Assembly (NCBI GenBank): GCA_026393095.1
Contig: JAPLAV010000047.1
Coordinates: forward strand, 1,430-65,429
Origin: Actinomycetota bacterium
GTDB taxonomy: Bacteria > Actinomycetota > Actinomycetes > S36-B12 > UBA5976
Reading direction: 5' to 3'
Length of the DNA stretch: 64,000 nt
The notes below the pieces were generated by a model. The model searched no databases, was not told the origin of the DNA, and saw only the letters and a program-made list of their open reading frames with translations. Below, one piece after another: positions 27,030 to 36,988 of the stretch (within the stretch, counting starts at the first letter, position 1; every line of letters begins with the position of its first letter). Made by a program: the position numbers and the translations under genes.

Positions 27030-27922
27030 TAATAGGTAATAGCTGAGTTTAAAGTGCTCAAAATATCTGAATGGTTAAATTTAAATCCAGAGGCTTTCAA
27101 TTTAGAAGGTAAAACTTTACTTGAGCCAAGTGCTTCGACAGAAAATTCACCTAAAGCAATTTTGAGAGCAAAACCTGGAACGTTAAAAAAAGCTGGTTTA
27201 TTAACTACACTTGATAAAGCTTTAGTAAATTCTGCATTTGTTACCGGACTTGGATTAGTTAGATTCACTCCACCAGTAAGTCTTACATCATCAATTAGGT
27301 GAAAAATTGCTCTAACTTCATCTTCCAGCGAAATATAGGACCAATACTGTTTTCCATTTCCTAATCTTCCCCCTAAACCAAATCTAAATAGTGGCAATAC
27401 TTTCTTAAGTAATCCACCACGCTTACTCATGACTAATCCTGTTCGAGGATGAACTACTCTGATGTTGTTTTTTCTAACTCTTTGTGCGGCATATTCCCAA
27501 TTGAAAACAACATCACTTAAGAAACCTTCACCTAGGCCAGCATTTTCATCAACTGCAACATCAGCGGTATCCCCGTAATAACCCATGGCTGAACCTGACA
27601 CAAAAACTGAAGGGGGAGTTCTTAAGTTAACAATTGCATTAGCAAGAGTTTCAGTTGAATTAACTCTGCTATTTAAAATCTCTTTTTTGTATTTCTTAGT
27701 CCAACGATGATCGCCCACCCCAGCACCAGCAAGATGCACGATTGCTGTGGAATTCTCAAGTACGGCTAAATCAATGACTCCTTTATTGGGATCCCATTGA
27801 GATTCGTTCTTTTCTTTAGGAGTACGTCGAACAAGTTTTACAACTTCTATTTTATTTTTTTCAGCTTCTCTAACTAATGCAGAACCAATTAAACCGGAAG
27901 CACCGGTTATCACTAATTTCAT
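27029..27922 (-). CDS. TIGR01777-type NAD-dependent epimerase/dehydratase family protein (YfcH-like)
   Basis: 297 aa with Rossmann motif VITGASGLIGSAL. Its position immediately downstream of the E2 gene matches that in mycobacteria. Confidence 0.8.
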   Translation of the reverse strand: MKLVITGASGLIGSALVREAEKNKIEVVKLVRRTPKEKNESQWDPNKGVIDLAVLENSTAIVHLAGAGVGDHRWTKKYKKEILNSRVNSTETLANAIVNLRTPPSVFVSGSAMGYYGDTADVAVDENAGLGEGFLSDVVFNWEYAAQRVRKNNIRVVHPRTGLVMSKRGGLLKKVLPLFRFGLGGRLGNGKQYWSYISLEDEVRAIFHLIDDVRLTGGVNLTNPSPVTNAEFTKALSSVVNKPAFFNVPGFALKIALGEFSVEALGSSKVLPSKLKASGFKFNHSDILSTLNSAITY

Positions 27923-27928
27923 TGTTTT

Positions 27929-29716
27929 TTATAAACCTAATTCAGATTCGAAATTAGCTTCTTCTAGTCTTACTTTCATTGAAGATAGGAATCTGGCAGC
28001 ATCTGCGCCATCAACAAGTCTGTGATCGTAGGTAAGAGCTAGATAAACCATTTGTCTAATTGCAATCTGATCGTTTCCATCGCTTCCTTGGACCACAACT
28101 GGTCTTTTTACAACAGCACCAGTTCCAAGAATGGCTACTTGTGGTTGATTAATAATTGGTGTGTCAAACAAAGCGCCACGACTTCCGGTATTAGTCAAAG
28201 TAAAAGTGCCACCGCTTAATTCATCGGGAGTTACTTTGTTATCTCTGGTTCTGTTGGCAACATCTTGAATTTTTCTGGATAGCCCAGCAATTGAAAGATC
28301 TCCAGCGTCTCTGATAACTGGTACTAGTAAACCTCTAGGAGTGTCAACAGCAACTGCTAAATGGATTGCGTCGCTGTAAGCAATTTGAGTAGCATCAGCA
28401 GAAATTGTGGCATTAACTATTGGGAATTCTTTTAAAGTTTCAACTGCTACTTTGGCAAAGAAAGGAAGAAATGAAAGCTTTACTCCTTCACGAGCCACGA
28501 ATGAGTCTTTAACTTTATTTCGAAGTGAAGCAATCTTAGTTACATCTACTTCAACCACACTTGTTAATTGTGCAGAAATATGAAGTGATTGCACCATTCT
28601 TTCGGCAATTACTCTTCTTAAACGAGTAGTTTGTTCAATTCGTCCGCGAAGTGGTTGTTCCACACTTGCGGCAGGAGTAGCAGGTTTTGCTGGAGCAGAA
28701 ACTGGTGTTGGTGTTGCAACAGGAGCAGATACTGCAGCAGCAACAGGTGTCGCAACTGGTGGAGCAGCAGGAGCTGCAACAACTGGAGCGGCAACAGGTG
28801 TTTCTGTTGCATTCAAAACATCTTCTTTTTTAACTCGACCATTTACTCCAGAACCAGAAATTGTTGAAATATCAATCCCTTTTTCTTTGGCAAGTTGTCT
28901 AACAATTGGGGTTGCATAAGTATCTTTTGTTGAACTAGAAGTTGTGGCAAAAACTGTCGGAGTTGGAGTTGCAACTGGTGGCGCTTGTGGCACAACTACT
29001 GTTTCAACTTTTGGTGCAGGTGGTGGAGTTTGCACAACTGGTGCAGGTGCAGGGGTTGCAGGCTTTGGAGCAACTGCGCCGGCAGATGAAGAAATAACTG
29101 CCAATACTGCGCCAACTGCTGCTACTTGATCTTGTGAAACTTTAATTTCAGTAATTACTCCTGCTGCAGGAGATGGAAGTTCAGTATCAACTTTGTCTGT
29201 TGATATTTCAACAATTGCTTCATCTAGTGAAACGGAATCGCCCACATTTTTCAACCAACGTGTGATTGTTCCTTCAGTTACTGATTCACCTAATGCTGGT
29301 AACACAACATTTACAGTTGATCCACTTGCAGCAGGTGCTACAACTGGTGGTGCAACTGGAGCAGGTGCAGGAGTTTGTACAACTGGTTTTTCAATAACAG
29401 GTTCTGGTTTTGGTGTAGGTGGAGGAGTTTTCACAACTGGTGGTGCAACTGGAGCAGGCGCACTTGGTGTTGCTGATCCTGCTTCACCAATTACTGCCAT
29501 AACACCGCCAACGGGAATAACAGAATCTTGCGCAGCTTTAATTTCTAATAAAACTCCAGCAACTGGAGAAGGAATTTCAGTATCGACTTTGTCCGTTGAA
29601 ACTTCAACAATGGCTTCGTCAACTTTAATTACATCGCCCACATTTTTTAACCAACGAGTAACCGTTCCCTCGGTAACTGATTCACCGAGTTGAGGCATTG
29701 TTACGTTAGTTGCCAT
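27929..29716 (-). CDS. sucB: Dihydrolipoamide acyltransferase E2 (two lipoyl domains, PSBD, catalytic domain)
   Basis: 595 aa. Two lipoyl domains (…EVSTDKVDTEIPSP… and …EISTDKVDTELPSP…), Ala/Pro-rich linkers and the catalytic motif DHRLVDGADAARF. It is equivalent to actinobacterial DlaT/SucB. Confidence 0.95.
   Translation of the reverse strand: MATNVTMPQLGESVTEGTVTRWLKNVGDVIKVDEAIVEVSTDKVDTEIPSPVAGVLLEIKAAQDSVIPVGGVMAVIGEAGSATPSAPAPVAPPVVKTPPPTPKPEPVIEKPVVQTPAPAPVAPPVVAPAASGSTVNVVLPALGESVTEGTITRWLKNVGDSVSLDEAIVEISTDKVDTELPSPAAGVITEIKVSQDQVAAVGAVLAVISSSAGAVAPKPATPAPAPVVQTPPPAPKVETVVVPQAPPVATPTPTVFATTSSSTKDTYATPIVRQLAKEKGIDISTISGSGVNGRVKKEDVLNATETPVAAPVVAAPAAPPVATPVAAAVSAPVATPTPVSAPAKPATPAASVEQPLRGRIEQTTRLRRVIAERMVQSLHISAQLTSVVEVDVTKIASLRNKVKDSFVAREGVKLSFLPFFAKVAVETLKEFPIVNATISADATQIAYSDAIHLAVAVDTPRGLLVPVIRDAGDLSIAGLSRKIQDVANRTRDNKVTPDELSGGTFTLTNTGSRGALFDTPIINQPQVAILGTGAVVKRPVVVQGSDGNDQIAIRQMVYLALTYDHRLVDGADAARFLSSMKVRLEEANFESELGL
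29085..29713 (-). repeat. Intragenic duplication: two lipoyl-domain coding units plus Ala/Pro-linker repeats within the E2 gene
   Basis: The DNA segments around 29195-29300 and 29590-29700 are roughly 75% identical by eye. They encode the two lipoyl domains. The linkers repeat PAPAPVAPPVV. Confidence 0.8.
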
Positions 29717-29737
29717 TTAAATATTTTCCTTTTCTAT

Positions 29738-31138
29738 TTAATCGTGGGTGTGTAACGGTTTACCGGAAAGTGCCATTGCTGCTTCACCCATTGCTTCAGA
29801 CATTGTTGGATGAGCGTGAATATATGGAGCAACATCTTCTGGGGACGCATCCCATGAATACATTAATTGAGCTTCAGCTAATAATTCGCCAACTCGTGAA
29901 CCAATCATGTGAATTCCCACAATTTGGCCACCATTTTTTAGTGCAATTAACTTAATAAATCCGGCAGTCCTTAAAATTTGGCTTTTACCGTTTCCTGCTA
30001 AATCGTATTGAACTGTTCTTAATTGATCAGCACCGTATTTTTCTTTAGCAGCTGATTCATTTAATCCAACTGAGGCTACTTCTGGTTCAGAATAAACAAC
30101 TCTTGGAATAGCAGTTACGTCGATTACTCTTGGATTCAAACCCTTAATGTGTTCTGCTACAAATATTCCTTCTTGGAAACCTTTGTGAGCCAATTGTGGG
30201 CCTCGAACAATATCTCCTACAGCATAAACATTTGCAAGATTTGTTTGTAAGTTTTCATTAACTTTAATTAATTCGCCATCAAATTCAAGCCCTGTTTCTT
30301 CAAATCCTTGATTTCTAGTTGCAGATCCTCGTCCCACAGCAACCAACATCAAGTCAGCTGCAAAAGTTTGTCCATCCTCAAGTTTTGCGACGACACCGTG
30401 CTTGGTCTTATCAACACCGGCAAATCGAACACCAGTAGAGAAATTGATGCCACGTTTTCTAAAAGCGCGTTCCATTGCTTTTGAAACTGCTTCATCTTCT
30501 GCAGGAACTAATCTTGGTAAACCTTCAATAATTGTTACTTCAGCACCTAATGATTTCCAAACGCTGGCAAATTCCACACCGATAACTCCACCACCAAGAA
30601 TGATCACACTTGCTGGAACTTTACTTAATTTAAGCGCATGTTCTGAGTTAATAACTTGATTTCCATCAACTTCTAAATTTGGAAGTGATTTTGGAAAAGA
30701 GCCAGTGGCAAGAACTACATGTTTACCTTCAAATACTTGGTCTCCCACCATAACTTTGTTGGGACCAACAAATTTTCCATTTCCAGTTACATAATCAACA
30801 CCACGATGTTTTACTAAACCTTGTAAACCTTTGTACAAACGATTAACAACACCATCTTTGTAATCATTTACTTGTGGCATATCAATGCCTAAAAGATTTG
30901 ACTTAACACCAAACACTGCAGATTCGCGAACGCTGTCAGCAATTTCACCAGCATGAAGTAAAGCTTTAGTAGGAATACATCCTCTGTGTAAACAAGTTCC
31001 GCCAAGAACATCTCGTTCAATAAGGGCGACTTTTAAACCAAGTTGTGAACCACGTAATGCTGCGGCATAGCCGCCGCTTCCTGCTCCAAGAATTACTAAG
31101 TCGTATGTGGCCACTAGTAACCTTTCCTTCTGTTCCAC
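29738..31138 (-). CDS. lpdA: Dihydrolipoyl dehydrogenase (E3)
   Basis: FAD motif GAGSGGY and redox-active disulfide GGTCLHRGCIPTK. The true start is probably GTG at 31114 (MATYDLVILG…), preceded by GAAGGAAAGG. The ORF track extends to the GTG at 31138. Confidence 0.95.
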   Translation of the reverse strand: MEQKERLLVATYDLVILGAGSGGYAAALRGSQLGLKVALIERDVLGGTCLHRGCIPTKALLHAGEIADSVRESAVFGVKSNLLGIDMPQVNDYKDGVVNRLYKGLQGLVKHRGVDYVTGNGKFVGPNKVMVGDQVFEGKHVVLATGSFPKSLPNLEVDGNQVINSEHALKLSKVPASVIILGGGVIGVEFASVWKSLGAEVTIIEGLPRLVPAEDEAVSKAMERAFRKRGINFSTGVRFAGVDKTKHGVVAKLEDGQTFAADLMLVAVGRGSATRNQGFEETGLEFDGELIKVNENLQTNLANVYAVGDIVRGPQLAHKGFQEGIFVAEHIKGLNPRVIDVTAIPRVVYSEPEVASVGLNESAAKEKYGADQLRTVQYDLAGNGKSQILRTAGFIKLIALKNGGQIVGIHMIGSRVGELLAEAQLMYSWDASPEDVAPYIHAHPTMSEAMGEAAMALSGKPLHTHD

Positions 31139-31357
31139 CCTCGTGAGGCTTCTCTATGTATATCCTTTCACGCAAGCAAAAATAGGCAATTTTGGGTTTG
31201 AATGTGTTGAGAGGGAGATGACTAGTAAGTTTTTAAGCCATTTGGTGGGCTTCCCCAATAAGAACAGGTTTCACATCTTCACCCATGAGAAAGGCAGATT
31301 AACCCTACGATGTGCAAATCCCAAGCCCAGAAAGTCTTGACTGGTGTGAGATATTAA

Positions 31358-32890
31358 TTAATTTTTTGCAAGTTTTTGAGCTAAATGCACAAGTGTTCTA
31401 ACTCCTACACCTGTTCCACCAAAACCGTTGTATCCATAAGGAGCTCCTTCATTAAATGCAGGAGGTGCAATATCAATATGTACCCAAGGTGTTTTTTCGT
31501 CAACAAATTCTTGTAAGAAAGCAGCACCAACCATCATGCCTCCGGCTGGATTTGGAGTGAAACCAACATTTGCAATATCTGCTGTTTTGGAATCAAGAAT
31601 TGTTCTTGATTCTTCTGGAATTTGCATTGGCCACATTGCTTCACCAACTTCTTTGGCACTGGCAAATACTTGATCTCTTGCTTCATCTTTATTAGCCATG
31701 ATTCCTGCAGTTCTAGAACCAAGTGCCACAGTTGCGGCACCAGTTAATGTTGCTAAATCAATTATTAGATCTGGTTTATCAATTTGTGCTCTACCTAGTG
31801 CATCAGCTAAAACAAGTCTTCCTTCAGCATCGGTGTTTAAGACTTCAATAGTTTTTCCACCAAAAGTTGTAACAACATCACTGGGTCTTTGAGCACTTGC
31901 TGAAGGCATATTTTCAGCTAAAGCGGCATAAGCGGTGACATTAATTTTTAAATCAAGATCCATGATCGCTCTTAAGGTTTCAATAACAGTTGCAGCACCA
32001 GCCATGTCACATTTCATGGTGTGCATGGATGCAGGTGGTTTTAATGAAATTCCTCCGGTATCAAAAGTAATACCTTTTCCAACTAACGCTAAATGAAAAT
32101 CAGCACCACGGGATTTGTAAGCAAGGCGAATAAATCTTGGTGGATTGATTGAACCTTGACCAACACCTAAGAGTGCGCCAAAACCTTGTTTCTTAAGTGC
32201 TTTTTCTTCAAGAATTTCTACAGTTAATTTCAAATTCTTTTTGAAAGTCTTTTTCACATAACGTGCAAAAGTTTCTGGATACATGTGACTTGGGGGAGTA
32301 TTAACTAGGTTTCTAACGTTCTTAATTGATTCAGCAATAATTTGGGCTTCCTGAAAACTTGTTTTATTCACAAATAGATCATGAACCAAGATATTTACTT
32401 GCTTTAGAGTTTCAGATGATTTCTCATTTTTAGTTTTGAATTCGGTAAATGAATATGCACCAAGTTCCACTCCCATAGTTACCGCGTGTGTTGCAACGGT
32501 GGTATTTGTGGGCAGAGCAAAAAGTGCTGAGGATTTACCTACTAAAGACCTAGCAGCGACACCTGAGGCTCTTCTCAATGTTTCCATTTCAAGAGGTTGA
32601 GTTTTAGTGACTTTGCCAAGTCCGACACAAAGCACTCCACTTTTAATTGTTAGATAGGCAAGTTCTGATTTCTTACCTGAAAAGTTAGTTAACTTGATTG
32701 CTTCAATTATTTCATTTTTTGATGCTGCTTCAAAAGCAATGGCAGGTTCTAAGAACTCTGGTCCATTATCTGTTTGGGCAAAACCCACAACAAGTACTTC
32801 GTTTGCAGAAATATTTTTGGAATCAGTGAGGCGAGTAATTGACATAAGAAATAGCCTAGTAGCGTTTTGTTCTATGAGCGATTCAGCCAA
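31358..32890 (-). CDS. pepA: Leucyl aminopeptidase (M17)
   Basis: M17 motif NTDAEGRLVLAD. The start is uncertain between TTG 32890 (17-nt divergent overlap with gcvT) and ATG 32845. Confidence 0.9.
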   Translation of the reverse strand: MAESLIEQNATRLFLMSITRLTDSKNISANEVLVVGFAQTDNGPEFLEPAIAFEAASKNEIIEAIKLTNFSGKKSELAYLTIKSGVLCVGLGKVTKTQPLEMETLRRASGVAARSLVGKSSALFALPTNTTVATHAVTMGVELGAYSFTEFKTKNEKSSETLKQVNILVHDLFVNKTSFQEAQIIAESIKNVRNLVNTPPSHMYPETFARYVKKTFKKNLKLTVEILEEKALKKQGFGALLGVGQGSINPPRFIRLAYKSRGADFHLALVGKGITFDTGGISLKPPASMHTMKCDMAGAATVIETLRAIMDLDLKINVTAYAALAENMPSASAQRPSDVVTTFGGKTIEVLNTDAEGRLVLADALGRAQIDKPDLIIDLATLTGAATVALGSRTAGIMANKDEARDQVFASAKEVGEAMWPMQIPEESRTILDSKTADIANVGFTPNPAGGMMVGAAFLQEFVDEKTPWVHIDIAPPAFNEGAPYGYNGFGGTGVGVRTLVHLAQKLAKN

Positions 32891-33980
32891 TCTAATTCAT
32901 TCACCACTTCACCAACGCCATATTGAACTAGGAGCAAAACTTGCACCCTTTGGTGGTTGGGAGATGCCACTTGAATATTCAGGCGGTGGTGTTCTAGCTG
33001 AACATGGCGCAACTAGAGATGCAGTTGGAATCTTTGATGTTTCTCACTTGGGAACCGCAACTTTAACTGGACCAAATGCCGCTGATCGACTTAACGAAGT
33101 TTTAACAAATGATATAAATCGCATTAAGCCTGGACAAGCTCAATATTCCACCATTCTTACTGAAGATGGCACAGTAGTCGATGACTTAATTGTTTATTTA
33201 AGATCAAAAGATGAAGTATTAATAATTCCTAACGCTGGCAACTCAACAACAGTTTTAGAAATAATAAAGAAAAATATGCCCTCTGACATAGTTGTGAAGA
33301 ATCTTCATACCGACATAGCAATCATTGCTATCCAGGGCCCTAAATCAATTGAATTAGTAAATGATCTAGGTCTTCCCACTGATATGGAATACATGTCATT
33401 TAAGGATGTTTCTTTTATGGGCAATTCAGTAACAATATGCCGTACGGGTTATACGGGTGAAAAAGGATTTGAAGTTTTAGTTCCAGCAGCAAATGCTGTG
33501 AATTTTTGGGATGAAGTTTTTGTTAAAGGACAAAAATATGGCGCTAAAGCAGTTGGTTTAGGTGCGCGAGACACTTTAAGAACTGAAATGGGTTACCCGT
33601 TGCACGGCCAAGATATTTCGTTAAAAATCTCACCCCTTGAAGCAGGTCTAAGTTGGGCAGTAATTTTAGATAAACCTAAATTCTTAGGTAAAGATGCTTT
33701 AGTAAAAGAAAAAGCAAATGGAGTAAAAAGAAAACTTGTGGGCATAAAAGCAATTGAACGAGCAATTCCCCGAGGTCACATGAAAGTTATTGATCAAAAT
33801 AATCACGAATTGGGTGAAATTACTAGTGGTACTTTTTCTCCCACTTTGAGAGAAGGAATTGCATTAGCTTTACTTGAATCAAATGTAAAAATTGGCGATA
33901 AAGTTTTTGTTGATGTGCGAGGAAAAAATGTTGAATTCTTGGTGACTAAGCCACCATTTGTGGAATCTAAAGTTCGCTAG
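32874..33980 (+). CDS. gcvT: Glycine cleavage system aminomethyltransferase (T protein)
   Basis: I set the start at ATG 32874 (MSDSANLIHSPLHQRHIELGAKLAPFGGWEMPLEY). Motif GYTGEKGFEV. The 60-codon N-terminal extension in the ORF track is antisense to pepA. Confidence 0.9.
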   Translation: MSDSANLIHSPLHQRHIELGAKLAPFGGWEMPLEYSGGGVLAEHGATRDAVGIFDVSHLGTATLTGPNAADRLNEVLTNDINRIKPGQAQYSTILTEDGTVVDDLIVYLRSKDEVLIIPNAGNSTTVLEIIKKNMPSDIVVKNLHTDIAIIAIQGPKSIELVNDLGLPTDMEYMSFKDVSFMGNSVTICRTGYTGEKGFEVLVPAANAVNFWDEVFVKGQKYGAKAVGLGARDTLRTEMGYPLHGQDISLKISPLEAGLSWAVILDKPKFLGKDALVKEKANGVKRKLVGIKAIERAIPRGHMKVIDQNNHELGEITSGTFSPTLREGIALALLESNVKIGDKVFVDVRGKNVEFLVTKPPFVESKVR

Positions 33981-34599
33981 CTTTTACAGCACTTACCGCT
34001 AAGGCAAGTTCTGCCAAGGGGTGAGCGTTTTCTTTTGTGTTCATAATTGTTTTGCAGCCCATAAATTTAATTGCTTCAGTTAGTGCTGGAATTACAGGTG
34101 TATTTGCTATTAGTAAATAGTCTTTTATTTTGGAATTAGATCTCATGGCGACAAAACCTAAAGCAATAGCACCTGGTCCTACCAAGATTGTTTTAGTTTG
34201 TCTTGAAGCTGATGCAATCAATGCGTTGAATGCAGCATAAGCATTTTCACCTAAAGTCTTAGTGATTACTTCTTGTGAATCTGATTTTAAAGTTCTGGTA
34301 ACCCGCAATAAATCTCTTAAATCTCCAGCATCTTTGACCCATTGATCATCATTGCCCACACTTGATTTACCTAACAGTGATGCAGCATCAATTGTTAGAA
34401 AAGCACCAATTAACCCACTTGCCAAAACTATGTCATGAGATGCATAAATTCCAATTACAGAAGTATTAGCATCAATTGCTTTATTTACATCATTTTTATT
34501 TTCACCAGAAAGCTTTTTATGTTCAACAGCAACAGGAGTGAGATCAGACCAATTAAATTTGGTGTCATCAAAGCCAAGTGCGAGAACTGAATTAATCAC
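33967..34599 (-). CDS. Hypothetical protein, last gene of the riboswitch-controlled ECF operon
   Basis: 210-aa ORF with a 4-nt overlap with the upstream S-component gene. I recognise no motif. Its 3' end overlaps convergent gcvT by 14 nt. Confidence 0.5.
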   Translation of the reverse strand: MINSVLALGFDDTKFNWSDLTPVAVEHKKLSGENKNDVNKAIDANTSVIGIYASHDIVLASGLIGAFLTIDAASLLGKSSVGNDDQWVKDAGDLRDLLRVTRTLKSDSQEVITKTLGENAYAAFNALIASASRQTKTILVGPGAIALGFVAMRSNSKIKDYLLIANTPVIPALTEAIKFMGCKTIMNTKENAHPLAELALAVSAVKASEL

Positions 34600-35384
34600 G
34601 CATTTAAGACTACAGGTTTAGAAAAATTGGCTTTCTTGGTCATGCGTCGCATTGCTTTAAGCAACGGGTTAGCAAGAAAAAATAACAAAGTAGCGGTAAC
34701 GATTCCTCTGGGTAAGTCATAACCAAAACTTGTCAAAAGACTAAATCTGACCCAGCGGGTCAATTGTTCGGTGATAGCTAAACCAGGTTGAAAAGATATT
34801 TCAGGCAAAAGCCCATTTGCGAAAGGCCAGAACCAAAGGTTGAGTAGTAGACCTGCGATAAAACCAACTAGAAATCCGTAACAGACCATCAACACTATTT
34901 CTTTTTTTCCAGTTAGTTTAGGAAGTAACCCAGCTCCTGCCCCAACCCACGCTGCCACCAACATTTGAAACGGTAGCCACGGGCCAATACCGCCAGTTAA
35001 AATCGCTGAACCAAGAATTCCAATTGCGCCCAAAACAAAACCAAAACTTGCACCAAGGGCTCTACCGCCAATAATGATGATTGCCCAAACTGGTTCCAAA
35101 CCAGCAACGTGCCCACCCAATGGTCTAACAGCTGCTACAACTGCGCTGAGCACTCCCAGAATTGCTAAAGATCGTGAATCAATTCCGCCTTGCATCACAT
35201 CAGCTAAAGCCACCATTAAAACTAAGGGGACTATTAGGAGCAACAAAATAGAAGCGTTATCAGAATTATTACTAAATGCAGAATCATTTTGTATCAGAAA
35301 TGGCCATAAGAATGCCATCAAACCAATTAAAGTTGTCACAACCATAGAAATTGTTGTTAAAGAATTTACTTTTATTAGTTTCAT
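34596..35384 (-). CDS. ECF transporter substrate-specific (S) component-like membrane protein
   Basis: I set the start at ATG 35384, which forms an ATGA overlap with the ATPase stop. About 262 aa with about 6-7 TM helices, Gly/Ala-rich. The position is typical of a dedicated ECF S component. Confidence 0.6.
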   Translation of the reverse strand: MKLIKVNSLTTISMVVTTLIGLMAFLWPFLIQNDSAFSNNSDNASILLLLIVPLVLMVALADVMQGGIDSRSLAILGVLSAVVAAVRPLGGHVAGLEPVWAIIIIGGRALGASFGFVLGAIGILGSAILTGGIGPWLPFQMLVAAWVGAGAGLLPKLTGKKEIVLMVCYGFLVGFIAGLLLNLWFWPFANGLLPEISFQPGLAITEQLTRWVRFSLLTSFGYDLPRGIVTATLLFFLANPLLKAMRRMTKKANFSKPVVLNA

Positions 35385-36988
35385 CTTAAATCTTCGAGTG
35401 CGAAAGCAACATCTGAAACAGTCAGCCAATTAGCTGGAGACATAACTTTAGAGACTTGCGGTGAAAACATGGGGGAACTAGAAAGCACTTCACTAACTGG
35501 ACCATCTGTAACAATTTCTCCATCAGCCAACAAAATAACTCGAGTAGCCACTTCAGCTGCCAATTCTACATCGTGGGTGGCAAGAATTATGGTGTGATTC
35601 TTTTTACCTAATTTTTGTAAGTTACTTACTAATTGTCTTTTGGCTGCATAATCAAGTCCCCGAGTTGGCTCGTCTAACAGAATCAAAGGTGGTTTAGCTG
35701 CCAGCACCACTGCTAGTGCTAAAGATAATTTTTCCCCTTCAGATAGATCACGTGGATGAGCATTTTCTGAAACATCAGTAGTTAATTGCTCAAAAATACT
35801 AAACGTAGTGCCCGGCACAGCATCAGAATCACTGTCACTGGAAATGCATTCGTTAATCACTGAATCAGCAATAAGTAAATCTGTAGGTTCTTGGGGAACA
35901 AGACCCACACTTTCAATTAAAGATTTTCCTTTTAGAGTTAAAGGATTTTTTCCGTTGACTAAAATTTTTCCACTCGTTGGTTCAAGTAAACCCACAAGTA
36001 GGGACAGCAGTGTTGATTTACCAGATCCATTTCTACCCATTAGGGCCACAATTTCTCCATCAGAGATGTCTAAATCAATATGTCTTAAAGCACGCAGGTT
36101 CCCATAGTTAAAATTAAGATTTTCTACACTCACCAAAGTTTTGGTGGGAACATTTACTCTAATTCTTGGTTTAGATTTCTCTAATCTGGTTCTTAATTCA
36201 TCAGCAAATTTGCGCGCATCTCTAACAGTTAAAGGAAGTGGTGACCAGCCTGCGGTTCTGCCTAATTCCACAACTGGGGGAGCCAATAAAGAACTAGCAA
36301 AAACTTGGGCTGGTCTATCTGCATAAACTTCAGCTTCACGATCAACCACAATTACGCGATCTGCATATTGCACAACTCTTTCTAATCTGTGTTCAGCTAA
36401 TACAACTGTTAACCCCAAATCGTGTACCAGTCTTTGTATTGCTGCTAAAACTTCTTCGGCAGCAGTGGGATCAAGTGCGCTGGTTGGTTCATCTAGTACT
36501 AAAACTTTGGGATTAGTTGTTAAAACTGAAGCAATTGCAACTCGTTGTCTTTGCCCTCCAGAAAGTGTGGCTAGTGATCTATTTCTTAACTCAGCCAAAC
36601 CTAATAAATCAAGAACTTCTTCTACTCTTCTTCTCATCGTGCTGGGAGCAATACCAAGTTGTTCCATGCCATAGGCAAGTTCATCTTCCACAAGATCGGT
36701 AACAAATGATGCGCGGGGATCTTGTCTGACAACTCCTACTAGATCAGCAAAATCTCTGGGTGGAAACTCTCTAATGGAGCGACCGTCAACAGAAACATCT
36801 CCAGTTAAATCTCCGCCCGTAAAATTAGGAACTAAACCGTTTAATAGTCCCAGGAGGGTGGATTTACCTGAACCAGTCTTACCAACTACTAAGACCAATT
36901 CTCCGGCTGGAATCGTTAGATTCACATTTTCAAGAATTGCAAAATTAGTGTCACTATATTTAAACGTTACGTTTTCAAATTTGATCAT
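35381..36988 (-). CDS. ECF transporter fused double ATPase (EcfA-EcfA'/CbiO-like)
   Basis: 535 aa with two ABC cassettes: Walker A GKTGSGKST and GRNGSGKST, signatures LSGGQRQRVAIA and a degenerate LSEGEKLSL. Confidence 0.9.
   Translation of the reverse strand: MIKFENVTFKYSDTNFAILENVNLTIPAGELVLVVGKTGSGKSTLLGLLNGLVPNFTGGDLTGDVSVDGRSIREFPPRDFADLVGVVRQDPRASFVTDLVEDELAYGMEQLGIAPSTMRRRVEEVLDLLGLAELRNRSLATLSGGQRQRVAIASVLTTNPKVLVLDEPTSALDPTAAEEVLAAIQRLVHDLGLTVVLAEHRLERVVQYADRVIVVDREAEVYADRPAQVFASSLLAPPVVELGRTAGWSPLPLTVRDARKFADELRTRLEKSKPRIRVNVPTKTLVSVENLNFNYGNLRALRHIDLDISDGEIVALMGRNGSGKSTLLSLLVGLLEPTSGKILVNGKNPLTLKGKSLIESVGLVPQEPTDLLIADSVINECISSDSDSDAVPGTTFSIFEQLTTDVSENAHPRDLSEGEKLSLALAVVLAAKPPLILLDEPTRGLDYAAKRQLVSNLQKLGKKNHTIILATHDVELAAEVATRVILLADGEIVTDGPVSEVLSSSPMFSPQVSKVMSPANWLTVSDVAFALEDLR

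Noticed and set aside
28631-29693. Antisense ORFs inside the E2 gene (78, 61 and 166 aa; Gly/Thr/Cys-rich).
   Set aside because: They mirror the Ala/Pro-rich linkers and lipoyl domains of sucB on the other strand. They have low-complexity composition, no SD and no motifs.
32694-32873. The 60-codon N-terminal extension of the gcvT ORF, overlapping pepA on the opposite strand.
   Set aside because: GcvT homologues start close to …HSPLHxxHxxLGA…. ATG 32874 gives that N-terminus. The extension has no GcvT-like sequence and is antisense to the pepA coding region.
32846-32873. A glycine riboswitch upstream of gcvT.
   Set aside because: At most 28 nt separate gcvT from the divergent pepA gene, or the two overlap. 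That leaves no room for a glycine aptamer of about 100-200 nt, and no conserved glycine-riboswitch core is visible.
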